Below, one piece after another: positions 1-10,351 of a stretch of DNA of 20,000 bases. This stretch comes from Vezdaea acicularis. Lineage: Eukaryota. Numbering within the stretch: the stretch's first letter is position 1; every line of letters begins with the position of its first letter. Below the pieces are notes generated by a model. The model did no database searches, was not told where the DNA came from, and saw nothing but the letters and a program-made list of their open reading frames with translations. The stretch is taken from assembly GCA_026025075.1 (NCBI GenBank), contig JAPEUI010000038.1:112952-132951 (forward strand), written 5' to 3'. Position numbers and translations under genes: made by a program.

Positions 1-533
1 TTTGGAGGCCATTTAAAAAGGAGAATATGAGTGTACTGTATATATGCAGGGCATAATGCTAATAGAGGAGGAAATCGCAGGTATTCTCAGCCAGGCGTTA
101 CGAGTGAGGCTTTCTGCTTCCCGTGTTTCTTCTCTTGCAAACCTGGTCATTGTTGGGTGCAAAAAGACATGGATAGGACTGTGCATTGTTTTTTTTACTT
201 TTTTTCACACCGCACCCTGGATTCCGATGGATGCATGGCTGAGATGTAGGATACCTAGCGATATGGCATCGGTGATGTGTATATGAACTTGGGATGGATA
301 TGGAGAGGCTATCTAGATCACAGCTCAATGAATTCTGCCTTTCTTCTTTCGGCCAATCAGTTGAACTGCCGTCCTTTTCTAGCTCATTCGTATTGGTTTC
401 CACCACGATCTCCGCGGTCTAGCTTTTCTCACCAGCAGATATGATGTCGTAAGGTCTGGCTGGTTGTCGATATGACCATGCACTAGTTCTAGTCCTACCC
501 AGAAACCCCCTTTCTCCACCGCCATAAATCATC

Positions 534-1292
534 ATGACAGACCCAGCCAAACGTCCTGCCCCACCTACCCCCCATATTTCTACACCCTCAAGCCTTCCCC
601 GCGTGACAATCACCTACTGCATCAAATGCAAATGGATGTTCCGAGCCACCTACGTGCGTAATCCCATCCCATCCTTACCCCTCCCACTTTTTCCTGACTT
701 CAATCTAGTTCGCACAGGAGCTCCTCTCGACATTTGAAGGCACCATTGGAGAAGTAGCGCTTCGGCCCGGAGGGACGGGTGAATTTATCGTGGAGCTCTG
801 GTATACGGATGGCGAGTTGGGGCCGGATGGTTCTCAGCCGAAGGTGCAGAGTAAAGTGCTTTGGGACTTCAAGGTAAACCGAGGCTTTCCTGGTAGGTAG
901 CTCATTGGCAGCTTGTTGCCATCTCCTGAAAGGTTTTCCTTGGCTAGGCAAAATAGCATAGAGACCTACATGGGACTAACTCGATTGTGATGTGGTCAGA
1001 AACGAAGATATTGAAGCGGTTGGTAAGAGATGTGATTGACCCGGGGAGGAATATGGGGCATGTGGATCGGGTCACGAGCGGAGTGGCGGGGGATGGGGAT
1101 AAGGGAAACATAGGAGAAGGAACGCAGGCGAAGGACGAGAAAGGGGGATGGGTTGCAGACGTGGCGAACAAGCAGCAGAAGATTATTGAGAAAAGTCAGG
1201 GAGAGCTAGTGGGGGGGCGTGAGACCAAGGCAATGGGGCCTAGCACTTTAAGGAGAGATGCCGACGGGGCGGTCTGCGAAGACTGCACATAG
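534..1292 (+). CDS. Rdx family (SelT/SelW/SelH-like) thioredoxin-fold protein, Cys form; 3 exons: 534-653, 709-892, 1000-1292
   Basis: The spliced translation reads PRVTITYCIKCKWMFRATY/FAQELLSTF..GEVALRPGGTGEFIV..LWDFKVNRGFP/ETKILKRLVRDVIDP. This matches the Rdx pattern (CxxC, xAQELLSTF, GxFxV, GFPE). Both introns are GT..AG with CTGAC/CTAAC branch sites. Confidence 0.9.
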
Positions 1293-1814
1293 GAAACTCT
1301 TCAAATGTGTTATTCTACCAGGTGCATGTTTCGAATGATGGCAAGGAGTTAGTGAGGCATTGCGCTGCAGGAAACGCTCGTCATTTGCTATTACATACAA
1401 GGGGCGGGGGGGTCGTCAGATTACGGGAACAGAAAGTGCACACAAAGCCAATCTCATCCCCGAAATGAAAACAACTAAGGAAAATTATGATGAGACTTGC
1501 AGTTGAAGGCACTCCGTAGGCAGGTTCCAAATGATCTGACGCCATATCCGAGAATAAAGACTGAACGCGCATCAAGCCCAAGGTTGTACCGCATATGATT
1601 TCCCCCTGGCCCAAGGCATGACCGAACATGAAAGAGGAAGGCCCGTTCACTCTATCTATTTTTGGTGTCTTCTCGAAAAGCAGCTGCTGATGATGACTGG
1701 TGTCACTGTTATCGATATGATGGTGCCAAGTGTTGCTGAGCCCAAGGTTCGCGTAGTTCAAGACAGGATGAGAGATCGAGATGAGTTTCGTGAAGATGGT
1801 TCGTGGTGAATGTA

Positions 1815-2247
1815 TTACATAACGATGCAGCATGGGTTTGATTGTGGTGGCGCATAGGGATCTTCACGCTTGTCGACCTATGGGGAGAAGGTGGGTTAGT
1901 TTCAGTCCAAGAAAGAGAAGAGCTACGCTGGGTAATGCGAAAACGTACATTTCCCCACAGTGATGGCACCATAAAGTCTCTTGTGTTTGACGTGTAGCTT
2001 ATTAAACTAGGGATAGATAATGGTTAGTCTACAATAATATCTAAGGGGCAGGCTGTTGGATCAGTGATAGGGAAAATGCTTACCCATTTGCAGCTTCCGA
2101 AATCCTCACTCTTGGACGATCCAGATCTTCCCGCAATCGCAAATTGAGCTCCGTAAGGCGCCTCAATTTTAAATCTGCCATGCTCTGCTTTTTGTTCTTG
2201 ATGTGCGCCGTATCGCCGCCGGTCCGAATCTCGTATGAGGGGGCCAT
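1815..2247 (-). CDS. STE18: Heterotrimeric G-protein gamma subunit (Ste18/GpgA/Gng-1); exons 2247-2084, 2006-1949, 1877-1815
   Basis: The spliced protein is [90 protein letters not shown]. It has a GGL domain and a C-terminal CCaaX lipidation motif. Introns are GTAAGC..TAG and GTACGT..TAG with CTAAC branch points. Confidence 0.95.
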
Positions 2248-2659
2248 ATTGATATTCGGTTCGACCAATCAATTAGGCCGGATCAAAGGCTGACTTGGGC
2301 TGTCGATCGTTAAGAGAGAAATAGAACCGAGCTTTCGGATCTTGGTCGAGCAATCCACGCCACCAATTATTGTAAGGCCGCGAAGGAGAGATGTTCAATG
2401 ATGAAGCCTTTGATGATTGGGGAGCAAGGCTTCGCGGCTTCGAGAAGTGGTATCGAACTGAAACGTCCCTTTCATTCGCAGCTAACGTGTACTTTTTTCC
2501 AGCAAACGTCGCACTGGAGCTTTTTGACCGCGAGAGGCTCTGATCCCGTGTCGGATTGATTTGATCAAGCCTGAGATACTGATCAGGTCGCTACCGGTAT
2601 TGGACAGTCTAGAGAAGAGTCGGTCAAGGAGGACTCTTCCATGATACGCGAGTGAAGAG

Positions 2660-2777
2660 CACGTGACCGTCCCTTCACGATCTTTACGTTAGTGCTCCCG
2701 GGAAATTTGCGAAATCAAAGCGGATAAATGTTACCGCGCTTTAGGCCTAGATAATCCGACTTCATGTTACACGTGAT
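2660..2777. promoter_or_regulatory. Two CACGTGAY E-box (bHLH, Cbf1/Tye7-type) motifs in the divergent promoter between the G-gamma and PFK-2 genes
   Basis: CACGTGAC at 2660-2667 and CACGTGAT at 2770-2777 are seen directly. Function is inferred from the known bHLH consensus. Confidence 0.4.
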
Positions 2778-3057
2778 AACGCTTGTCACTACTTTCTGTT
2801 ATGTGGCGTTGCCCTGCGTCGCCCCGCGATTCGGGGCGTTGAGATTAGCAACAATATAAACCGGGCGACTGCAAGATCTCTATATTTGGGCTTTGCTTTT
2901 AACAGTTTTGGATTGCGTGTGCCCTCTCCCACGACCATTCTCTCGATCTTTCCTACGTGTAGACTGGCATTTTAGATCGCCGTTACCTCTTCTCATCTAA
3001 CATGTGATTGCCTCACAACTGATACCATCTACACGTCCCTAATTCTCGTAGTACACC

Positions 3058-5340
3058 ATGGACACCTTGCTGTACGTGCACCACCTCACTACTAGCCTAG
3101 AGTGACCCTTGGTGATCTCTAGGAAGTAACCCTCAATTCCTTGCCTAGATGTACTAACACTCATACTTGAAGAACGGAAGAACTTGCGGCGAATTCGCCT
3201 CGATTCAGGCGGAAATCAAGTACTTATGTAGATGCTATCCATGATTTGCATGAGAAGTTTGATAGCATGGCGCCCGCTCAGCTGTACAGCACTGAGTCAG
3301 GGCGCCTCTTTCATTCTGGAAGAATTGTTATTGTCACTGTAGGACTACCGGCTCGAGGGAAGACGTGAGCACCCCATACAGCCATTGAGGGAGGCGCGTG
3401 TGCTTGCTATAAAGCAAACCTTGTGACCAGTTGCTCACACCTTTCATCGAGTCATAGTCACATGGCAGTTGCAATTGCCCGATATCTCCGATGGTAAGTT
3501 GACGTGGAGTCTAGACAGAAGTGCTACCGAAGCATTGCATACTAAGTTTCTATAGGCTAGGTGTAAAGACCCGGGCTTTCCATTTAGGAGACTATCGAAG
3601 AGCTACAGTGGGGCCTGGAAATGATGTACCCGACGACTACTTTTTTGTGAATGGTATGTGGCCATCTCACGCGCATGTGCAAAGGTTTCTAACATTCTAA
3701 GCTTCCGCATCATCTGTACTTCTTCGACAGAAGATATTGAAGAAATGCCGTGAGGATATCTATCATTTTCTAGATAGGGAGAAAGGACAAGTCGCGATAT
3801 ACGATGCTGTGAATCCACTGAGTGCAGGAAGACGATCCTTGGCCAAAGAGTTTGCAAAGCATGACGTTCAGGTACGCATATCATGAAATTAGAGTATTCT
3901 TCCAATCCTTACGAAAAACCCCTATATATTTCCTATATCGCGCACTTGGTAATTTGGAGGCTTTGCTGATATTCTTGAAGACATTGTTCATAGAATCTGC
4001 TTGTGATGATGAAAAGATCATAGAGGAGAATGTCCGGAGTGTTAAGATCTCTTCTCCAGACGTAGGTCCATCTCATAACCTAAGTCCCATTGAGTATGAC
4101 TGATTAATGACTTAGTACGCTGGCTGGGACTCTAACGATGCTGTAAAACACTACCTCGCACGTATCCACGCTAAAATACCACATTTTGAGACCATGGAAG
4201 AATCAGAACTCAATTATGTCAAGGTGAGAATGCCCGTTGACTATTGATGCGAATATAGATTGACCAGGCGAATATCAGATGATCAACGCTGGCGAGCGAC
4301 TTATGGTGAATAACTGTACATTTGGTTATCTGTCGCACAGAATTGTGTTCTACCTCCTGAACCTTCACATCAAGTCTAGACATACCTACTTTGCACGAGT
4401 GAGTTTATCGTTTCAGAAGTAGATCTTGGGATACAATATTGACCATGGTTGTTCAAGGCTGGCACATCGAGTGAAGAAGACTCTTACAAAGCTGATGCAG
4501 CTCTCGGCAAGGTTGGAGAGGACTATGCTAAGAGAATGAGCGAGACGTTGATTAAACATCGTGAGAATGAGCGCCAGCACCTTATTGACGCTGGGGGCTC
4601 TCATGCTGCCCTAAAACCTCTGACTATTTGGACCTCGACAAGGCAAAGAACCGTATCAACGGCAGCTTACCTTCAGAGCCTGGGCTACAAGGTTCGTCAA
4701 CGGGGCCAGATGAGCCAGTTGAATCCAGGGGTTTGCGAGAAGATGTCTGAACGAGCGATTCGCCGCGAATACCCTGATGAAGTGGAGAAACACGAAGCAG
4801 ATCCATATCACCACCGATACCCGAGAGCGGAGGTAAGTCGCACCCCTGTTGATTAATGGCCTTTCTTTAAATTGATTCTAGTCTTATCACGACCTCGCGG
4901 TTCGCATGGAGCCCATCATCCTAGAACTTGAGCGCGAACAGAACGACCTTCTGATCATCGCGCACGAAAGCGTCCTGCGTGTTCTCTACGGCTATCTGAT
5001 GGCTTGCAACGCCTCCGACATTCCCTCCCTAGAGTTTCCCCGCAACGAAATCATCGAAGTGAGTATAACTATACCAAATAGTAAGCCCCTGACTCTGACA
5101 CGAATGCCCCTTCTACAGATCATACCGGCAAGCTACAACAACGAAGCCAAAAGAATCTTCATCCCCAACCTGCCTGAAGAAACCGTGCCTGACTCCCCAG
5201 AAGACATCAAGATCCCTGTCCCTCACTCTGGCGCTATGAGTCCCATGCCTGGAGGGATCGGGACTCCCAAGGAGCCTGTGGTGGAAGCGGCGAAGTCTGA
5301 GCCAGACCCACTTCTGCCAGAACCGGCTTTGATGCCCTGA
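3058..5340 (+). CDS. 6-phosphofructo-2-kinase/fructose-2,6-bisphosphatase family protein (YLR345W-like); 11 exons: 3058-3071, 3173-3364, 3458-3493, 3556-3653, 3702-3871, 3981-4061, 4116-4223, 4279-4398, 4458-4832, 4882-5058, 5119-5340
   Basis: The spliced frame is continuous: MDTLLTEELAANSPRFRRKSST..LYSTESGRLFHSGRIVIVTVGLPARGKT (P-loop)..RYLRWLGVKT..GDYRR..IYDAVN..FIES..RIVFYLLNLHI..HRYPRAESYHDLAVRMEPIILELERE..IIAHESVLRVLYGYL. All 10 introns are GT..AG. Confidence 0.93.
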
Positions 5341-5776
5341 TCAGATGTGGGTAATCAGATATAATTCGATGTAGTTATAGATAAAATGAGGCTGTATTAC
5401 GTATAGGCGGCGCCGACGGCGCTCGGAATTTATGGTTGCAATTAGACTAATAAAATCGAAAATTTGTGTGCTTGGGCTGGGTCTTCCACCATGCCTCAAA
5501 ATATTTCAGCAGTTCCGAAGGTTGAGCAGCTCAAACAAAGAAGCGCTAACATCTCTCTGGGTGATACCATGAATGCTACATAGCTCAGCCACGGGGATGA
5601 AATCGAGACAACTCATTTAACTTCGATTTTGCAGTGAAGCTATCGATTAGTTGAATAAAGTGAAAGACAAAATCGATCACGACCAGTATTTGGTCCCATC
5701 TCGAAAGTATTTGCATCAATTAATACACGCTAGCTTACAAAACTTTGACTGGAATCATCCGCTCCCCATTTACGCC

Positions 5777-8464
5777 TTACAAGAAATCGCTAGCCTTAGC
5801 TCTCCGTTTTACGGCCGAATCCGGGGCCCTTCCCGGGGGCGGACTTCGTGAAATGCTTTCTTTCCTAGTCCATCTCCTGCCCGGTGACCTCGATGCGTCT
5901 CGCCAATTTCTTCTCCCGTCATCCCTCTCGCCCGGCGATGCTGATCGCGAATATCTTCTTCGTCCGCCGTTCTGACGCGCTGATGGCGGCAATACAGATC
6001 GTGAGTCGCTTCGGCCTCGGCCGCGGCCTCTGCCTCTATGTGGGGAGGGAGAGCGTGATACAGAGCTCGTGTTGCGCCTTTCCCTTTCTCCACCTTTCCT
6101 GGGCGGAGGCGTGATGGACGCGGAAAAGCTCCTTCGCCTATCTCGGCCGCGCTTCTCCCCACGACGAATTGGCGATCTAGACCTCGATCTCGAGTCATAC
6201 GAAGGCGAGCGTGCTCGACGATCATTCGGAGGGGCGCGCGGAAGCGGAGAGCGAGATCGTAGGCGGCCCCTGGCTCGATTTGGAGAAGGAGACCGAGACG
6301 AGGTGTAGCTTCTACGTCGACGGCGTTGAGGCGGCGTAAAGCTGCGTGATGATATGCGTGAGTCTTCCCTACCGCGACGGCGAGGCGGAGGCGAACGAGA
6401 TGGCGTGCGTGTGTAGCTACGTCCTCTGGTGATGCGGTCACGAGTACGAGATGGAGAGCGTGAGCGCGAGTAAGAGCGAGAGCGAGAGGAACCAGTATAG
6501 CTAGAATATGAATAGGAGCTCACGGACTCCGAGTCTGATTGCGAATCCGCTGGCGCAGGCAGTGCGGGGAGAGCTGGCTGTGGAGCATTCTTGAGATGCT
6601 CACGCATGTCTTCCGTAAGAGCACCCATCTGGATACTGGTGAAATAGTTGATGGAGAAGCGAGTATTGCGCGAGTTGTCTGTCGGAAAGAGCCCTTCAAA
6701 GCTTGGACGAAGGAAATCGTCTTTCAGGCGGGCTTGCAATTTGGGCATGCCAAGTGCTTCAGCGAGGTCCTGGAACAGAATCTTGATGAAGATCCGGCTG
6801 CTAGACGTGGTTTCCTCTTCATTGAGATGCACAATTGAGAGCACATGCCAACCGATACCGTCTGAACTGAGCATGTGGCCAAAGAAACGGGCAATGTTGC
6901 GAAGTTTATTGGTTTCGTACTGGTGGATAGAGTCATAGTATTTTGCAAAGCTGGCCTCGAAGAGGTCGCTCCAAAGGCGGTTGATCTTCGCAAAGCGCTC
7001 GCCAATCAGACCGTAAAACTTGGAATATGTCTTCTCCTGCGAGCAACACTCGATGACCATCGAGGGGAGCTCAGGCTCCTGCCCGACAGGAAGATTGATC
7101 TTCATCAGCTTGTGACAGCATTCTTCGAAATCGATGCTGGACATGATGGTCAAATAGATAGTCCTCCTTAAGTTGACAAGATCTGTATTCGTCTGATCCT
7201 TGATCTCCATCTCTTTATCCTTAGCAGCATCTTCATCATCATCAGTTTCATCGTCAGTTTCGTACTCGTCTGCGTTGTCGCTGCCCTCTGCTTCTCCAAG
7301 TATCTCCGCTTTGAGCTTTTTATATGCATCCTCATGCTCTTGCCATTCAGAATCAAATTTAAATACGTTCAGACCATCCTGAACATCAATCTCATCCTGT
7401 AAACTAACACGATGGGTGATCTGGTCTTCTTCTTCGACAAGATCCAGTTCCTCCTTTATGGCAGGATTATCTTTGTATTTATCCTTCCTTACCTGGAACA
7501 AGACCTCGATCATGTATTGTACTCGCTTGTCGATGCCTGCCTCATGCAGGATATTGCGGAATTGGTCGAAGACTACTCTTGCAATCTTTCCACTCATCTC
7601 CTCAAGATGCTGTCCAACCTCTCTCGTCAACCCGACTGCAATCTCCACGCTGTCGTCTGTAGGTTTGTTGAGCAACAACATAAGTATCTGAGCCGCCAGA
7701 ATTTCGTGCGCTACTTGCTGATTGCAAAGGTGGGCGATGAAGGTTGTCGACGAGAGACAGACAGATTTGTCGTTCCGCTTGAAAGCTTTTCGAAATTGCA
7801 TGATTAACCTGTTGAGTAGAAGCTCTCCTACTTGAGGTAGCTTGGTATTCACGATAGCTGCCATGGTAGCGTAAATCGGAGTGAACGGCAAGCTAGCGGC
7901 TTGAGCTTTCATGATGCTTCGGCAGAACAGTCCCCTACCACGATCTAGGTTCTCCCCAAAGAGCTCTGGCACAATATGCCTGATATTAGACACGTTCACC
8001 TTGTTGATCAGACCATTGATTGACTTCTTTAACGCCTCCCATGCCATTCTCTGAAACTCCTTGCTCGTCGTATCAGTGATCTGTGCCTGGAGCGCTCTGA
8101 GTCGGGCAGGTGGTATATAAGTGCCCCCAGATCTTGCAGTAAGAAGCTTCTCATATTCAGCTTTTGCAGCAGCCTGCTTTTGTTCTTCGGTCGGCACGAC
8201 CACGTCACTTGCTCTCGATACATCTTGAGTTCTGAGACGCTCGGCCAGCTGCCTCTCGCGTTCTCGCGCACGCCGAGGATCGACATCTGGTAGCCGGGAC
8301 CCTGGTCCCGAGCGTAATGGACCTCGCGGTGGAGACCGCCATCTATTTGGGGAAGGTGAACGTGATGGTGGCGATCTCTTGCGGTCGTTGTATTTGCGAA
8401 GTGCATCTGGCGGAGGCGGCGTAGGCAGTCGGACCGCGGACTGTAACACGACAGGGTCCTCCAT
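5777..8464 (-). CDS. CWC22: Pre-mRNA splicing factor Cwc22 (MIF4G + MA3/MI domains, long C-terminal RS region), single exon, 895 aa
   Basis: Hallmark segments are GGTYIPPARLR, FQRMAWEALKKSINGLINKVN, AQAASLPFTPIYA, LVNLRRTIYLTIMSSIDFEECCHKL and TRFSINYFTSI, in an uninterrupted ATG-to-TAA ORF. Confidence 0.97.
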   Translation of the reverse strand: MEDPVVLQSAVRLPTPPPPDALRKYNDRKRSPPSRSPSPNRWRSPPRGPLRSGPGSRLPDVDPRRARERERQLAERLRTQDVSRASDVVVPTEEQKQAAAKAEYEKLLTARSGGTYIPPARLRALQAQITDTTSKEFQRMAWEALKKSINGLINKVNVSNIRHIVPELFGENLDRGRGLFCRSIMKAQAASLPFTPIYATMAAIVNTKLPQVGELLLNRLIMQFRKAFKRNDKSVCLSSTTFIAHLCNQQVAHEILAAQILMLLLNKPTDDSVEIAVGLTREVGQHLEEMSGKIARVVFDQFRNILHEAGIDKRVQYMIEVLFQVRKDKYKDNPAIKEELDLVEEEDQITHRVSLQDEIDVQDGLNVFKFDSEWQEHEDAYKKLKAEILGEAEGSDNADEYETDDETDDDEDAAKDKEMEIKDQTNTDLVNLRRTIYLTIMSSIDFEECCHKLMKINLPVGQEPELPSMVIECCSQEKTYSKFYGLIGERFAKINRLWSDLFEASFAKYYDSIHQYETNKLRNIARFFGHMLSSDGIGWHVLSIVHLNEEETTSSSRIFIKILFQDLAEALGMPKLQARLKDDFLRPSFEGLFPTDNSRNTRFSINYFTSIQMGALTEDMREHLKNAPQPALPALPAPADSQSDSESVSSYSYSSYTGSSRSRSYSRSRSPSRTRDRITRGRSYTRTPSRSPPPRRRGREDSRISSRSFTPPQRRRRRSYTSSRSPSPNRARGRLRSRSPLPRAPPNDRRARSPSYDSRSRSRSPIRRGEKRGRDRRRSFSASITPPPRKGGERERRNTSSVSRSPSPHRGRGRGRGRSDSRSVLPPSARQNGGRRRYSRSASPGERDDGRRNWRDASRSPGRRWTRKESISRSPPPGRAPDSAVKRRAKASDFL

Positions 8465-8802
8465 GACGGAGCTGTTCAGGCCTTGGGCTTGATGAATCTA
8501 TGATGCAAGTTTCTTATGATTCATGGTGAAGTTATATATATCATGCGAGCTTTCGTGTTGTCTTATTGCATAGTCCGGTGATGTGAATCAAGTGCTGGGT
8601 TTGGCTCACGTCGGAAATTTTGATAGCGCGACGGTCGGTGATGCAATCAACCGAATGGCGCGTTTTTCTCAGCACTAGCGAAAATAATATTTCGGAGCTT
8701 CCCAGGAGGTGCAATTTGTCCACATAGCTCGAAGCCAGTATATATTTGTCGCAGGAGGTACCTCACATTCACTACACCTGCCTGAATCCTCACTCCACCA
8801 CC

Positions 8803-9194
8803 ATGGTGAGTTCATCTTTGGCCCTAGCGAAGGTCTCACTAGTACATGTACTAATTCACGTTGCTTCCCCTTAGCTGGATAAGCTCATTGGTCTCGGGAT
8901 GCTCCTTTTCGCGTCTGCAGTATTCCTGTACTATACTGTATGGACTCTGCTTATGGTGAGTCTTGCCATACTATAATAGATGGTTTCAATCACTAATCGT
9001 ATGATAAGCCGTTTGTCGACAATGGGCATCCGCTTCACGATTTCTTCCCACCCCGAGTGTGGGCGATTCGCATCCCTGTGATTGTGATGCTGTTGGGCTC
9101 CGCGGTTGTGGGATCATTCTTGAGCATGGTCATGATTCGAAGTAATAGAAAGAAAGCTGCGAAGGCTAAAGCTGCTGGAAAAAAGAAGGCATAG
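8803..9194 (+). CDS. DPM2: Dolichol-phosphate mannosyltransferase regulatory subunit 2; exons 8803-8805, 8875-8955, 9009-9194 (absent from the ORF track)
   Basis: The spliced protein is M/LDKLIGLGMLLFASAVFLYYTVWTLLM/PFVDNGHPLHDFFPPRVWAIRIPVIVMLLGSAVVGSFLSMVMIRSNRKKAAKAKAAGKKKA*. It has two hydrophobic helices, the FxYYTxW..PF..HP..FFPPR.WAI motif and a dilysine-type tail. The start context is CCACCATG and both donors are GTGAGT. Confidence 0.93.
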
Positions 9195-9565
9195 GGGGCG
9201 TGATTTGATAGAGTCTAGCGAAAGTTTATTCTTGATATATATGTTCAGGGAGTACCAAGATGCCCCTTGTGAATTCTATCTATTCTTGGGATCTATCGTT
9301 AAGCTATGGGTATCAAATGGCTTTCAGTCTACTCAGATTGCCTTCAATCATGCGATGACTTGGCCTGGCGAAATGTGGGTGGGATCTGCTCTACCAGACC
9401 TGATCCTCTATCCTAGGAAATCGGCTAGGTCGTAGCTGGGCCTAGCCATAGTGTATCGTTCCGTTCGTAAGTTCCTCCCTTCACAAGAAGAATCGTCACA
9501 CCTCCTGACCGGCAGCAACAGAGCAGAAACATTAACGCAAAGAAGACTCGTTCCAGGCCAACACG

Positions 9566-10351
9566 TCAAAGACTCCCTCTTCTAGGAAACCTAACCCCTT
9601 CTGTTGCAGGGCCATCGGTAAACCAGCTGACCTTGTCTCCTCCACCCGCATTGACCAAACCACATGGAAGCTCTTGCCCTTCATCTGTGTCAAAGATCTT
9701 GGCCATGGTCTCCTTCTTCCCCGCTCCAGTCGCGACAAATGCAATATAAACTCCATGGGTAACCACCGGTAGCGTCAGAGTTATGCGTCTCGGAGGTGGT
9801 TTTGGTGAGTCGTCAATAGCAGCTACCCATGCATCGCTTTCCCGTAGCAATTCGTGCCCGGGGAAGAGTGAGCAGGTGTGCCCGTCCGGACCGCAGCCAA
9901 GGAGGATGAGATCGAAGATGGGGAGTCTGACGGAATCCTTTGCCGCGAACGAGGCTACGAGGTTCTTCTCATACTGATCAGCGAGTTCTTGAGTGTCGTC
10001 TAGAAAATTCACATCGATCGGAAACACTGTTGGTCGAGAATCCGCTGGTAATTTATCAAGTAGGTCGTCTTTGACCAGCCTGTAGTTGCTATCTTCATGA
10101 TCCAGAGGAACGGCACGCTCATCCGCAAAGAAAATCTCCCATTTACCCCAGTGAATTGTGTCTTCTTGACTGTTTCCAGGTGGAATCAGAGCTTCCCCTA
10201 GTGTTGCCGGCAAAGAGCCACCCGAGACTGCAACTCTGAAGACATCGTGTCGCTTTAGGCCATCCCTCTGAGCATGAAGGATGTATTGCCGAAGATTGGA
10301 CTGAAGGGTCTTTGGGTCCGAGAACACATAAAGGTTTGGCTGTTTACCCAT
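9566..10351 (-). CDS. SOL3: 6-phosphogluconolactonase (Sol/Pgl), single exon, starting MGKQPNLYVF
   Basis: Motifs FRVAVSGGSLP, WEIFFADERAVPLDHEDSNY, FDLILLGCGPDGHTCSLFPGH and DSPKPPPRRITLTLPV. The first in-frame ATG is at 10351; the ORF track starts at an upstream TTG. The SOL paralog number is nominal. Confidence 0.93.
   Translation of the reverse strand: MGKQPNLYVFSDPKTLQSNLRQYILHAQRDGLKRHDVFRVAVSGGSLPATLGEALIPPGNSQEDTIHWGKWEIFFADERAVPLDHEDSNYRLVKDDLLDKLPADSRPTVFPIDVNFLDDTQELADQYEKNLVASFAAKDSVRLPIFDLILLGCGPDGHTCSLFPGHELLRESDAWVAAIDDSPKPPPRRITLTLPVVTHGVYIAFVATGAGKKETMAKIFDTDEGQELPCGLVNAGGGDKVSWFTDGPATEGVRFPRRGSL

Noticed and set aside
1..480. Short ORFs on both strands (31-249, 44-286, 98-406)
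   Set aside because: No recognisable protein or consistent exon chain. Probably UTR or intergenic DNA, though a gene continuing outside the window cannot be excluded.
1381..1833. 150-aa minus-strand ORF and 63-aa plus-strand ORF
   Set aside because: They lie in the 3' UTR zone between the convergent Rdx and G-gamma genes and have no motifs.
5651..8406. Many alternative-frame and antisense ORFs over CWC22
   Set aside because: Shadow ORFs explained by the codon structure and RS repeats of CWC22.
3058..10351. Possible sugar-phosphate gene cluster (PFK-2-like, DPM2, 6PGL)
   Set aside because: The genes belong to different pathways and are interleaved with CWC22. Chance adjacency of housekeeping genes is sufficient.
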